The notes under the pieces are model-generated. The model worked only from the letters and a program-made list of their open reading frames with translations. It had not been told where the DNA came from and ran no database searches. Of a stretch of 64,000 nt of DNA, positions 31,101 to 38,504 are shown piece after piece. How positions within the stretch are numbered: the stretch's first letter is position 1; every line of letters starts with the position of its first letter. The position numbers and the translations under genes are program-made. Origin of the DNA: Lentimicrobiaceae bacterium. GTDB taxonomy: Bacteria; Bacteroidota; Bacteroidia; Bacteroidales; JAGNHN01. Location of the stretch: positions 18,528-82,527 of the forward strand of contig JAGNHN010000009.1 in NCBI GenBank assembly GCA_018001695.1, in the 5' to 3' direction.

Positions 31101-32167
31101 TCCTGACCCCGACAGCCGGTATCCATACTGTGACGCTGATCGTGTCGAGTCAGGATGGTTGCCACGACACTGTGCAGATGCAAGTTACCGTGCATCCGAA
31201 GCCTGTTTTGAGCATCCTGGGCAACAATAGCCTCATATTGGGAGAAACAGGCCAGTTGACAGCTACAAGTTCTGGTACAGGTCCCTTCAGTTACTTATGG
31301 TCGCCAGGAAATGGAACAGACAGTGTATTGAGCATCAGTCCTACCCAGGCGACCACCTTTACGGTATCAGTCACTGATCAGTCAACCGGTTGCACTCAGG
31401 CTGACTCTATTCATGTCACTGTGCTTAAACCTGCTGATCTCAGATTAAAGGTCTTCCTGCAGGGTGCCTTGCAAGGGCAGCAGACGATGAGCCGGACACT
31501 TAATACTGCCGGGCTTTTACCACAGTCACAGCCCTACAACACAGCACCCTGGCACCATAACGGCACAGAATTCCTGAGTAGTATACCTCAGGAAATGACC
31601 GACTGGGTGCTGGTTGAGCTCAGATCTGACCCCACAAGTGTCGTGGCCCGCCGTGCAGCTGTACTCCGGTCAGACGGTACCCTGGCGGATACTAGCGGCA
31701 ACGCCAACATCCGTTTCTATGTTCCCGGGGACCAATATCATGTAGTGATACATCACAGGAATCACCTTCCTGTCATGACGGCGCAGGCTGTCAGTGTCAA
31801 TGATACCCTGGTTTATGATTTCAGTGACACGCTGCAGTACCCTGTTTATGGACGTTCTGTTATCCTAACATCCCACAATACCCCTGCCATGATCGCCGGA
31901 GACATCAATCATGATGATTTCCTCCGCTACAGCGGAGCGGGGAATGACCGCAGTCTGATCCTCCAGCGTATCACCGGGACCAGTGGGTCTTCTTCCATCA
32001 ATACCACTGTTCAGGGTTACTACAGGGAAGACCTCAATATGAACGGCGTCGTCAGGTACAGTGGGCAGGGCAATGATGCCTCGCTGATCATCCTCAATAT
32101 TACCAATCTGACAGGGAATACCACCATCAACAGTGTATTCAAAGGCCCTGTCACCACGGCACCGTAG
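25133..32167 (+). CDS. Giant (2344 aa) repeat-rich surface adhesin: 4 N-terminal ~80-aa modules, Ig-like, 7 MopE-type metal-binding motifs, CARDB array, SprB-like repeat, C-terminal DxNxD loops
   Basis: Single uninterrupted ORF with a signal peptide (WAWIAIWCSLFALHQPANAQ). Motifs: WYADADGDGFGNP...DCNDADPAIYPGAQEVCNGVDDDCNGLIDDG repeats; CARDB-type PDL...ESNE.NN repeats; CRQDSSGSITTNITGGNPPYYYQWSN. I recognise no T9SS sorting domain at the C-terminus. Confidence 0.85.
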   Translation: MIMNQRILWAWIAIWCSLFALHQPANAQSITHVQYYYNTDPGVGVTGNGGIISISPGDSIFHTFSVPLSSSLTNGIHQLYVRVRNQAGQWSIPERKSFMILKPDTAVARQIIAYQYFFDTDPGFDNPGNGAIVPVTPGDDWSSQLAVPVPAGLDDGIHQLFLRVKDSRGSWSIAESRLFMIFTPDTSINRIVQYQYYFNQDPGLGIAGNGAVVQVNPIDTVQLTLSITLPAGLPSGAHHLYFRTMDINGNWSVAERRLLYVKDIESKQITAMEYYIDNDPGPGNANPYPITTADSFQLTAAISVPCLSEGVHYLYWRARNAEGVWSIIARDTFEVDSGVAAPIITPGGPVSLCAGDSIVLHINPVDGASYQWLVDGADIQGATSTQLSVHAAGNYAVKIICGNSFSTSAIVTVNIAQVLTWYADADGDGFGNPQIFVQNCAQPAGYVSNSMDCNDADPAIYPGAQEVCNGVDDDCNGLIDDGVFSVFYADADADGFGNPSRDTLACAQPAGFVSNNQDCDDANPDVNPNATEICNGIDDNCNQQVDEGVSQIFYADADGDGYGNPNSSVSACSMPSGYVTNNLDCNDGNALEFPGQLWYIDRDSDGYSNGDTIRQCTRPLFGFATQELSSLSFDCNDTNGMIHPGRPEVCNGLDDDCDGLIDDADPGLTNPSTWYADLDGDGYGDPATSITSCTQPAQYVSNNQDCNDSNPLEFPGQVWYRDADQDGYGTGVFLIQCNRPSQYFLLTELTSTQGDCDDNNPNINPGAQYFSYAGTVNFEDAITHPLHGSPISSFSFMVDYFDATNALPPVTYPRLILDYEGNGIYTDLNDRSVIMIPLDAGDLNTADGKRYVANVSSLPSGANWKVSVQGSPSSCQTQFGPFDYPDVMIQPDLQIYADDIWFSANNPPVNSALTVYARITNVSDYHADTFRVAMVNQYDFNIVYDTLVVTNLSPKSSTIVQWNITTPLDSAWCPMQVWIDVDNRIAESNEINNSAVRPFINGNFDLSGGIQVSALQSNPAVSYAAYGAKVWLSGKAIYFGTPLPLADPSVAGASVTFVIPATGAVYAATTNAQGYFNAAINAPMSPGTYQVQGTITDFTFSETFEMAFTILPPQACLPDLVAAAYTPTSTVVAGNSMTMNIYVSNVGCSASGASVASTSSSAGASFTNSFNIPALATGQSHTINRTLTFNTPGLYSYCATADATDVVTESSEYNNTSCITITVLPALPDLVPALGPAGQAFLCESGGDLGFHIRNQGGAASGSFTAEVVCRLNGNVYNTIQQTITNIPSLGQTAIYLPGLISAPGIYTFELRCDVPVATGGDVTEYIESNNVTTYTLEVLECKPNLVFKSCEALDVDPSDPAHPGGTMNFIAKLSNDGKAAAVSPVVRFMLSDSFYYDVQYNGTVGVMQTVNVVSPAIPSVAPATMMLTAIADPAGLIDELDEQDNIIQDSLCIDLMIVKLPATCGGVSTIQNFIVNKPVEISAGLTAGGLYNASSVTVRFEVSGPSYTGKVHLADIAVDDVRQSCGCPRKVSLPFTFIFPQVGTYTFTITADPGQQFTECNESNNVYEMVVNVTTLPDMRVFSQYINPSRLNPSPGEQVTMAITYDNAGLSNPQDQMKLKVLVNEVAHDSVYPVYGQAYGDDTTVSIPTAWIAPVIPGTYIIRAIIDSDKQVTESDELNNEATRAIIVGDAANLYFQLFEPSNPVPAANSNIQLHARIGNSGALSSQADVRFYYTDNNQVLQSIGVVPVLVGGHDSVSITLPWLVNDPITTLVARIENSNPEEYNYEDNEARYELGMMQLQLVTTPACRQDSSGSITTNITGGNPPYYYQWSNLAQTSSINGAPGIYSVTVTDLDGRIAVATAEIANDTGMIWYRDADEDGYGDPLQYVITCTQPQGYVDDPYDCDDTNPSIYPGSTEICGNGLDDDCDGLIDETGCTGCFNGLYYTASITGDSILCEGETVVLQAAVSPAGSYTYLWLPNATTDTTLVLTPTAGIHTVTLIVSSQDGCHDTVQMQVTVHPKPVLSILGNNSLILGETGQLTATSSGTGPFSYLWSPGNGTDSVLSISPTQATTFTVSVTDQSTGCTQADSIHVTVLKPADLRLKVFLQGALQGQQTMSRTLNTAGLLPQSQPYNTAPWHHNGTEFLSSIPQEMTDWVLVELRSDPTSVVARRAAVLRSDGTLADTSGNANIRFYVPGDQYHVVIHHRNHLPVMTAQAVSVNDTLVYDFSDTLQYPVYGRSVILTSHNTPAMIAGDINHDDFLRYSGAGNDRSLILQRITGTSGSSSINTTVQGYYREDLNMNGVVRYSGQGNDASLIILNITNLTGNTTINSVFKGPVTTAP
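25220..26150 (+). repeat. Four tandem ~80-aa coding modules at the N-terminus of the giant adhesin
   Basis: Module starts at 25220, 25463, 25703 and 25937 (spacings 243, 240, 234 nt). Consensus: Y.Y(Y/F).(T/Q/N)DPG.G..GNG..V...P.D......L..P..L..G.H.LY.R......G.WS..E. Confidence 0.8.
26393..27435 (+). repeat. Six tandem MopE-like putative metal-binding motifs (DxDxDG(F/Y)G ... DC(N/D)D.NP ... CNG.DD(D/N)C)
   Basis: Copies begin WYADADGDGFGNP, FYADADADGFGNP, FYADADGDGYGNP, WYIDRDSDGYSNG, WYADLDGDGYGDP and WYRDADQDGYGTG. A seventh isolated copy (WYRDADEDGYGDP) lies at about 30750-30940. Confidence 0.8.
27800..30520 (+). repeat. Array of about 8-9 CARDB-like domains
   Basis: Recurrent P-D-L/M ... 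N.G ... and terminal E-x-(N/D)-E-x-N-N motifs: ESNEINNSAV, ESSEYNNTSC, ESNNVTTYT, EQDNIIQDS, ECNESNNVYE, ESDELNNEAT, YEDNEARYE. Confidence 0.7.
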
Positions 32168-32216
32168 CAATGAAGAACACGGCTGCCTAAGCCGATTAAG
32201 AATACAGTATCAGGAA

Positions 32217-32253
32217 ATAGCGTTATGATGCCTTTTCATAACGCTATTTTTTT
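32217..32253. terminator. Bidirectional hairpin terminator between the giant adhesin gene and the convergent O-methyltransferase gene
   Basis: A 12-bp perfect stem, ATAGCGTTATGA (32217-32228) with TCATAACGCTAT (32236-32247), a 7-nt loop, then a T-run to 32253. The right arm contains the methyltransferase stop codon (32244-32246). Confidence 0.8.
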
Positions 32254-32870
32254 CTTATCAGCATCAGCCCGTCACGAAGCGGGAGCACCAGGCGTTCCAG
32301 CCCCTGCTCCTGCTCCACATGTTGCAGAAAATCGAGTATTCCCCGTGCATCGCTATCTGTAGTCCCTTCCCTAACCTTGCCATCCCACCATACGTTATCC
32401 GCCATCAGCATCCCACCCGGCCTCAGATGAGGGTAGATCAGCTCAAAATGTTGCAGGTACTGCGTCTTATCTCCATCCAGGTAAACAAGGTCGAAGGGCG
32501 TGGGAAGTTTACCAATGATGTCTTCAGCTTCCCCCTGATGCAGTATGATGCGACTACCCAAACCATGGCCTTCCAGGTTTTGCCTGATGAGATACTCCAG
32601 TTCCGGATTGCGCTCGATGGTGTGCACGCAACCTCCTTCGGCAAGCCCCAGGGAAAAACAAAAAGCAGAATAACCTGTGAATGTGCCGATCTCAACTACT
32701 ACATGGGCTTGGATCAGCCTGCTTATCCATTGCAGGAACAATCCCTGCAAATGGCCTGTCAACATTTGAGGATATACGGTATTCAAATAGGTACGCCTTG
32801 CAATGTTAGTAAGTACAGGATGTTCATCACTACAATGCATCTCGGCAAAATCAAATATGGAGGATTTCAT
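32244..32870 (-). CDS. Class I SAM-dependent O-methyltransferase (caffeoyl-CoA OMT / YrrM-like family 3)
   Basis: 208 aa. VVEIGTFTGYSAFCFSLGL (SAM motif I), FDLVYLDGDK, GGMLMADNVWWDGKV. Confidence 0.85.
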   Translation of the reverse strand: MKSSIFDFAEMHCSDEHPVLTNIARRTYLNTVYPQMLTGHLQGLFLQWISRLIQAHVVVEIGTFTGYSAFCFSLGLAEGGCVHTIERNPELEYLIRQNLEGHGLGSRIILHQGEAEDIIGKLPTPFDLVYLDGDKTQYLQHFELIYPHLRPGGMLMADNVWWDGKVREGTTDSDARGILDFLQHVEQEQGLERLVLPLRDGLMLIRKK

Positions 32871-32907
32871 ATCAGCATGGTGTCGAAAAACTATCTCATA
32901 ATCCTGA

Positions 32908-33693
32908 TTATCTGCTTAATTCACACTGCTCCAAATACTTTGTAAAAAGAATGATCCTTTTATCATCCTGTGGGTCGAACAAGAATGGCCTTACGTCCGC
33001 CGCCATTTCTTCCATATTAAGGTTCTGACATTTCTGCAGTACATGTGACTTCAGATCCTTATGATTGGTGATTCCGGCCTTTGCCTTCAAATAATCATAA
33101 TTGGGAACAAATCGCTGACCGAGCAGAAAGACAATATCATAGAAATCCCTGCCCTTGTTCCGTTTCCTATTAATCACCGCATAAAACTTCTGAGCAAGCA
33201 GTATATCAACCGGGGTAACATTGATCTGGGTAAAAACATCAAACCTGTTCAGCACAGGCTGATCCGGTTTGTAGTCAAAGTCATGTGATTCAGTGTCCAG
33301 TTGGATCAGTATTTTTTCTTCTTTCTGATCACTCAATCCCGATGCATAGAGCAAACCTGGAAAACGAATATAACAATGATAAGCCCCTTTCTGCACATTT
33401 CGCATCTCGACATCATAACCGATTCGCAGGAGTTCGCGCTCCACGATATCGGTAATCGCAGTGAAATCATCCGATGTTAACTGAAAACTGTCAAAGTACA
33501 GATCTTCTGAAAACCTTTTGTTATTATGAACAATCCTCAGGCAGGTGCCTCCTAAAAAGGACAATTTGCTTGCATAAGGCGTCTCAAAGATGATTTCGAG
33601 TATTTTATATTGAAGATACTCCCGGAAGAGGAATCGTTCAAAGCGCTGCAAAGACTGCGGGTAAAATCGCTTTATTTCCTGTAAACTAAGCAT
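32908..33693 (-). CDS. abiEii: AbiEii/AbiGii-family nucleotidyltransferase toxin (type IV TA / abortive infection)
   Basis: 261 aa. LSFLGGTCLRIVHNNKRFSEDLYFD matches the family's GGTALR...R.SEDLDF motif. It overlaps the upstream antitoxin gene by 8 nt. Confidence 0.85.
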   Translation of the reverse strand: MLSLQEIKRFYPQSLQRFERFLFREYLQYKILEIIFETPYASKLSFLGGTCLRIVHNNKRFSEDLYFDSFQLTSDDFTAITDIVERELLRIGYDVEMRNVQKGAYHCYIRFPGLLYASGLSDQKEEKILIQLDTESHDFDYKPDQPVLNRFDVFTQINVTPVDILLAQKFYAVINRKRNKGRDFYDIVFLLGQRFVPNYDYLKAKAGITNHKDLKSHVLQKCQNLNMEEMAADVRPFLFDPQDDKRIILFTKYLEQCELSR

Positions 33694-34297
33694 GTAAGAT
33701 TTCCATTAATAGCCTAACTCTTCTATTGAGGGCTTTAGAATCAAAGATACTCTGGTAACTTCCTAATTTACGAAAGTCCACCAATTCCTTAAACCGACCT
33801 TCGTTTAATCTAAGCGCTTCTATGTCATGATCAGAATTCAACTTCTTTAGGTAAAAGTAATCCAGGATCACCTTTTCCGGATCAGCCACTTTGATAGCCA
33901 CATCCTGATCTATTATTAGCCTATAACCAAAATTTAGCTGTGGTTTTATTTGTTGATACGAAAAATCCCCCACAGGAGTATGGTATCTGGCAGTATTTCT
34001 GGCGGATACAGATGTGATCAGGAATACCCCTTCCGGAATGAGATTGTAATAAGCCAATGCACTCTCCATGGAGACATAGGAAGGCGAATAAATCTTATTC
34101 GCAGCGAAATACAGAAATTTCTCGTCTTGCTTTCGCTCCCGGAAACAATAGTATTCCCTTCGGATTTTCTGGATGTAGTTTTTCTGCTGCCATTCTACCA
34201 GGCGGCGACTGTCGAAACCGGGATATCGCTTTTTGATGTCCTGAATCGAAAAAACAGGAAACTCTTTCAGTGATTTTTCAAACTCAAGATAGGTCAT
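33686..34297 (-). CDS. abiEi: AbiEi-family antitoxin / transcriptional regulator (type IV TA)
   Basis: 203 aa. The N-terminal wHTH-like FSIQDIKKRYPGFDSRRLVEWQQKNYIQKIRREYYCF is typical of AbiEi_4. It lies immediately upstream of abiEii and is translationally coupled to it. Confidence 0.85.
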   Translation of the reverse strand: MTYLEFEKSLKEFPVFSIQDIKKRYPGFDSRRLVEWQQKNYIQKIRREYYCFRERKQDEKFLYFAANKIYSPSYVSMESALAYYNLIPEGVFLITSVSARNTARYHTPVGDFSYQQIKPQLNFGYRLIIDQDVAIKVADPEKVILDYFYLKKLNSDHDIEALRLNEGRFKELVDFRKLGSYQSIFDSKALNRRVRLLMEILHA

Positions 34298-34309
34298 ATG
34301 ATCTTAGAT

Positions 34310-34329
34310 AATTGTCAAATATAACAATT
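34310..34329. promoter_or_regulatory. Inverted repeat AATTGT-N8-ACAATT just upstream of the abiEi start (candidate autoregulatory operator)
   Basis: AATTGT (34310-15) and ACAATT (34324-29), 13-32 nt upstream of the ATG at 34297 on the minus strand. A direct repeat CAGAAACGCT/CAGAACGCT follows at about 34340-34360. Confidence 0.4.
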
Positions 34330-34487
34330 TTCTGAGACAGAAACGCTTCAGAACGCTCAAATTCTATGAGAAGTCACATTCCAGGCTAACAGAATCACAG
34401 CCCATACACAACAGCCCAAAGTTTCTATTTAGGTGTTCTCAATGTTTTTAACTACTTCATCTGTCAGGTGGTAAAGCAGCTATCTGC

Positions 34488-35723
34488 TCACTTACAACGA
34501 AAGACCAGCGTCGACAACTGCGAGGGCTCAAAGATTTCGTTGCTCACTTCGAGTATGTGGTCTGCCTGGATGGCATCAATGCGGGCATAGACATCTTCAA
34601 TAGTATCTATGCGTGACTTTAGCAACAGGCTTTTGCCTAACGAAAGCATGAGGTTTAGATTGGACTCTTCCAGAATCGCGATTTGGCCTTTGAGTTGTTG
34701 TTTTGCCCTGCTGAGCTGTAAGGCACCAAGCCGCTGGGTCCGTAGCTTATCCATTTCTTTCTGTGCCAATTCCATGGCACGCCCGAGGCTTTCGTCCTCC
34801 GAGCCCAGGTAGACCTCAAAAACACCCGTATCAGAATAAGGTTGATAAGCTGACTCAATGTGGTAACTCAAGCCATGTCGCTCACGTACGGCCATATTCA
34901 GCCTGGAATTCATCCCTGGCCCGCCCAGAATATTGTTGGTCAATGCCAAGACCAAACTTTTTTCATCATTGGCGGGATAGGCTCTGTTGCCTATCATCCC
35001 ATGTGCCTGATAACCATTGCGATTAAAAGCAAGGGATGAAGGGGAATATCCGTTTACAGCCATTCGCGTGTGCTCACCAGTGGGCCAGGGACAGTCGCTG
35101 AAATACTTCTCTATCAGCTTTACCAATCTCCTGAAGGACATCGACCCCACGTAGCAAATATAGATTTCCTCAGCCCGGTAGTTTTTCCGGATGAAGGCAA
35201 GGATGTCATTCCGGTCAAAACGCTTGAGGTTCTCCTTCGTCCCCAAAATATTACGACCCAAAGCATGTCCATTAAAAAGTTGATCTTCAAAATCATCAAA
35301 GATCTGCTCAGAGGGAGTATCCAAATAACTGTTTATTTCATCCAGTATGACTTCCTTCTCTTTTCTTAACTCTCGCTCGGGAAATACCGGAGAAAAGATA
35401 ATATCTGAAAACAGTGCAAAAGTCCTGCGGGTGTGTTCGACTAAAAACGAAGCATAGATGCAAGTGTCTTCTTTTGAGGTAAATGCGTTTAAATCACCAC
35501 CCACATTCTCCAGATGACTTAATATCTGAAAGGATTTGCGCCTCTTCGTCCCTTTGAATATCATGTGCTCAATGAAGTGCGCCATGCCGTTCTCAGGCTC
35601 CGTCTCATCCCTTGATCCGGCCTGCAGAAAGACGCCTGCATGCGCTACCTTCGACATCACCGGCCAATGCAGAAGCCGGATGCCATTGGGCAGACGATGC
35701 TCTTTCCATTCCTGTCCTGCCAT
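34488..35723 (-). CDS. M16-family (pitrilysin/insulinase) zinc peptidase
   Basis: 411 aa. Inverted zinc motif HFIEH in GMAHFIEHMIFKGT, downstream ENVGGDLNAFTSKE. Confidence 0.88.
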   Translation of the reverse strand: MAGQEWKEHRLPNGIRLLHWPVMSKVAHAGVFLQAGSRDETEPENGMAHFIEHMIFKGTKRRKSFQILSHLENVGGDLNAFTSKEDTCIYASFLVEHTRRTFALFSDIIFSPVFPERELRKEKEVILDEINSYLDTPSEQIFDDFEDQLFNGHALGRNILGTKENLKRFDRNDILAFIRKNYRAEEIYICYVGSMSFRRLVKLIEKYFSDCPWPTGEHTRMAVNGYSPSSLAFNRNGYQAHGMIGNRAYPANDEKSLVLALTNNILGGPGMNSRLNMAVRERHGLSYHIESAYQPYSDTGVFEVYLGSEDESLGRAMELAQKEMDKLRTQRLGALQLSRAKQQLKGQIAILEESNLNLMLSLGKSLLLKSRIDTIEDVYARIDAIQADHILEVSNEIFEPSQLSTLVFRCK

Positions 35724-35736
35724 CTCAATCTCCCGA

Positions 35737-36303
35737 TTAGGGATTACTTACCTGGAACGCTGATGGGTAGGCTTTATCATAGTATACCCAAAACATGGGC
35801 ATATAACCCCTGAGGCTACCATCCGGCGCATAACTTTCCAGAAGGGGGCATACGCCGATGACCTCCTTAGTGATCCGCAGGGAGGAAGGATCCATGTACC
35901 AGGCTTCCAGGAACCGGATACGGGTGATCTCATGGATATTCAGTTCCTGCTTCACAATGGTATCAAAGAGATCATAGGGTGGGTCAGGCCGCTGGAATGT
36001 CAGCGTATCAATGCGGTTGCCAATGGCTTTCACCGCTTCCGGATCCATTTTATTGTGAAAAGCATCCCAGGCTTCCACTTTACCGCTGTAGGCAGCACTC
36101 AGGATATCCCTGACAAATGCCTCACGGCTGGATCCCTCCAGGTTCTGGACCCACCAATCGTAGGATGGGTCGGGACTCTTGATGGAGACATCATACTGTA
36201 TGCGTTTGGCCAGAATGGGATCCCGCTGCGACTCTTTCCGGCAGGAGGAAAAGCCGATGAGGGCACCTAGTATAACTGCTAAGATCAATACCTTGCCTTT
36301 CAT
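35737..36303 (-). CDS. Hypothetical lipoprotein
   Basis: 188 aa. MKGKVLILAVILGALIGFSSC lipobox. It starts 13 nt upstream of the M16 peptidase gene on the same strand. No family recognised. Confidence 0.6.
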   Translation of the reverse strand: MKGKVLILAVILGALIGFSSCRKESQRDPILAKRIQYDVSIKSPDPSYDWWVQNLEGSSREAFVRDILSAAYSGKVEAWDAFHNKMDPEAVKAIGNRIDTLTFQRPDPPYDLFDTIVKQELNIHEITRIRFLEAWYMDPSSLRITKEVIGVCPLLESYAPDGSLRGYMPMFWVYYDKAYPSAFQVSNP

Positions 36304-36515
36304 AACATCCCTGTTAAAATGATAAGACTGTTTGCTTCAAGGGCATTCAGGCATGCAAAGTTAAAGGAATATACCATCTTTCGCTGCAGAGAAGGTCAGG
36401 CAGGATAATCCTGACAGTTTACCAGGGCGTATACATCCTGAACCGGTCAGCTCCTCCCTCCATTCGGGTAATTTTGCCGTACTTTGCTGCCTGAAACAGC
36501 CTAAATTTTTGAGCT

Positions 36516-38384
36516 ATGGATAGGGAGAAATTGCGCTTGTTCATCCAACAGATTGAGCTATTCAAGGGATTGACAGAAGAGGAACTGCAGCAGGTAGCGG
36601 ATCATGCACAAGAGCATGTGATGGAGGCAGGAACCAGTCTTTTCAGGGAAAATCATACCCGTGAAAAGATCTTTATGATTTATGAAGGTGAAGTAGAGCT
36701 GTACAAAACCACGGCTTACGGACAGGAGAAACGACTGTGTATTTTCAATCGCATGGATTTCCTCGGCGAAGGATCGCTCATGGACGACGCACCCCATGCC
36801 ACCTCGGCCAGGGCCATCAGCAAGGTGATCGTTGTGACCATCGACAAAGCCCTGCTCACCAGTAACGGAGCCATAGCCCTGAAGGTGTTCTCCAACATCT
36901 CCAAGGTTATATCCAGAAGGATGCGGCAACTCAACGTGCGATCCATGAACTCCTCAGCCCAGTATGAATCCGGCCGCACAAGGCGGGAACATGACCTGCT
37001 TGGTGAACGGGATGTGCATTTCGAAGCATATTACGGGATTCAGACCCTCAGGGGTATCGAAAATTTCAACATCAGCGGGGTTACGCTCAGTTTCTACCCT
37101 TTGCTGGTAGATGGACTGGCCATGGTGAAAATGGCGGCGGCCAAAGCCAACCACGAGCTGGGCCTGCTTCCGAAGTCTACCACCGATGCCATCGTCAGGG
37201 CCTGTAACGAGATACTGAATGGCAGGTATATCAATTATTTTCAGGTTGATATGATACAGGGAGGGGCAGGTACTTCCACCAATATGAATGCCAATGAGGT
37301 GATTGCCAACAGGGCTTTGGAGATACTGGGATTCGAGAAAGGGCAATACGAACATTGCCATCCCAATAACCATGTGAACCTGAGCCAGTCGACCAACGAT
37401 GCTTATCCGACAGCGGTGAAAATCGCGCTGATCAACAGTAACAAACGGTTGATCGCAGTATTGCAGCAATTGATCGAGGTCTTCCGCAGGAAAGCGACCG
37501 AATTCTATGGGGTCATCAAGATGGGGAGAACCCAGCTTCAGGATGCCGTTCCCATGACCCTGGGTCAATCTTTTGAAGCCTATGCCGTAACCCTGGAAGA
37601 AGAAGTGAAACGCCTGAACCAGAATGTTGCGCTATTCCTTGAGGTGAACATGGGAGGGACGGCCATCGGTACCGGAATCAATGCTGATCCGGAATATCCT
37701 GCCCTGGTTATCAAGCACTTGCGCGCCATCACCGGACTCGATGTCTCCCTGGCTGCCAACCTGGTGGAGGCTACACAGGATACCGGCGCTTTCGTGATGT
37801 ATTCCAGTGCCATCAAGCGGTTGGCACTGAAGCTTTCTAAGATATGCAACGACCTCCGCCTGCTGTCCTCCGGGCCACGTGCAGGACTGAATGAGATCAA
37901 TCTGCCACCCATGCAGCCAGGTTCTTCTATCATGCCAGGGAAAGTAAACCCAGTCATACCCGAGGTCGTTAACCAGATCGCCTTCAAAGTCATTGGAAAC
38001 GACCTGACGGTAAGTCTGGCAGCCGAAGCCGGCCAGCTGGAGCTGAACGTTATGGAGCCGGTTATTGTGCAAAGTCTTATGGAATCGATAGAGATGCTCA
38101 GAAATGGCATGGACACACTCAACCACCGCTGTGTGAGCGGTATCACGGCCAATGCCCGTCGCTGCCGTGAAATGGTCGAAAACAGCATCGGACTGGTGAC
38201 CGCCCTGAATCCCGTCCTGGGCTACGAAAAATGCACCATCCTGGCCAAAGAAGCGCTTGAGAACGACCGAAGTGTATATGACCTGGTGCTGGAAAAAGCT
38301 TACCTCTCCAAAGAAGCCCTCGACGACCTGCTAAAGCCTGAGAACATGATTGGATTTCAACCCATGAAGGTAAAGCCGTCATAA
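36516..38384 (+). CDS. aspA: Aspartate ammonia-lyase fused to an N-terminal cyclic-nucleotide-binding domain
   Basis: 622 aa. Residues ~1-130 form a cNMP-binding fold (FKGLTEEELQQV...FLGEGSLMDD.PHATSARA). The remainder is aspartase: RREHDLLGERDV, TQLQDAVPMTLGQSFEAY, and the signature GSSIMPGKVNPVIPE (the aspartase-type NPVIPE, not the fumarase NPTQCE). Confidence 0.88.
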   Translation: MDREKLRLFIQQIELFKGLTEEELQQVADHAQEHVMEAGTSLFRENHTREKIFMIYEGEVELYKTTAYGQEKRLCIFNRMDFLGEGSLMDDAPHATSARAISKVIVVTIDKALLTSNGAIALKVFSNISKVISRRMRQLNVRSMNSSAQYESGRTRREHDLLGERDVHFEAYYGIQTLRGIENFNISGVTLSFYPLLVDGLAMVKMAAAKANHELGLLPKSTTDAIVRACNEILNGRYINYFQVDMIQGGAGTSTNMNANEVIANRALEILGFEKGQYEHCHPNNHVNLSQSTNDAYPTAVKIALINSNKRLIAVLQQLIEVFRRKATEFYGVIKMGRTQLQDAVPMTLGQSFEAYAVTLEEEVKRLNQNVALFLEVNMGGTAIGTGINADPEYPALVIKHLRAITGLDVSLAANLVEATQDTGAFVMYSSAIKRLALKLSKICNDLRLLSSGPRAGLNEINLPPMQPGSSIMPGKVNPVIPEVVNQIAFKVIGNDLTVSLAAEAGQLELNVMEPVIVQSLMESIEMLRNGMDTLNHRCVSGITANARRCREMVENSIGLVTALNPVLGYEKCTILAKEALENDRSVYDLVLEKAYLSKEALDDLLKPENMIGFQPMKVKPS

Positions 38385-38504
38385 CCGGCATATGACCGTT
38401 AACTGACACAAGCTTACCGACATCTTGAAGCAACTTGACGTAAGAAAGCCATCCTGCCTACCTTTGGGTGTTGTATAATAGCTCATTACGCATTTTTCTT
38501 AACA

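Noticed and set aside
32319-32945. 208-aa plus-strand ORF
   Set aside because: Antisense to the O-methyltransferase gene, which has clear SAM-binding motifs.
36954-38188. 204-aa, 202-aa and 164-aa minus-strand ORFs
   Set aside because: Antisense shadows within the aspartase fusion gene.
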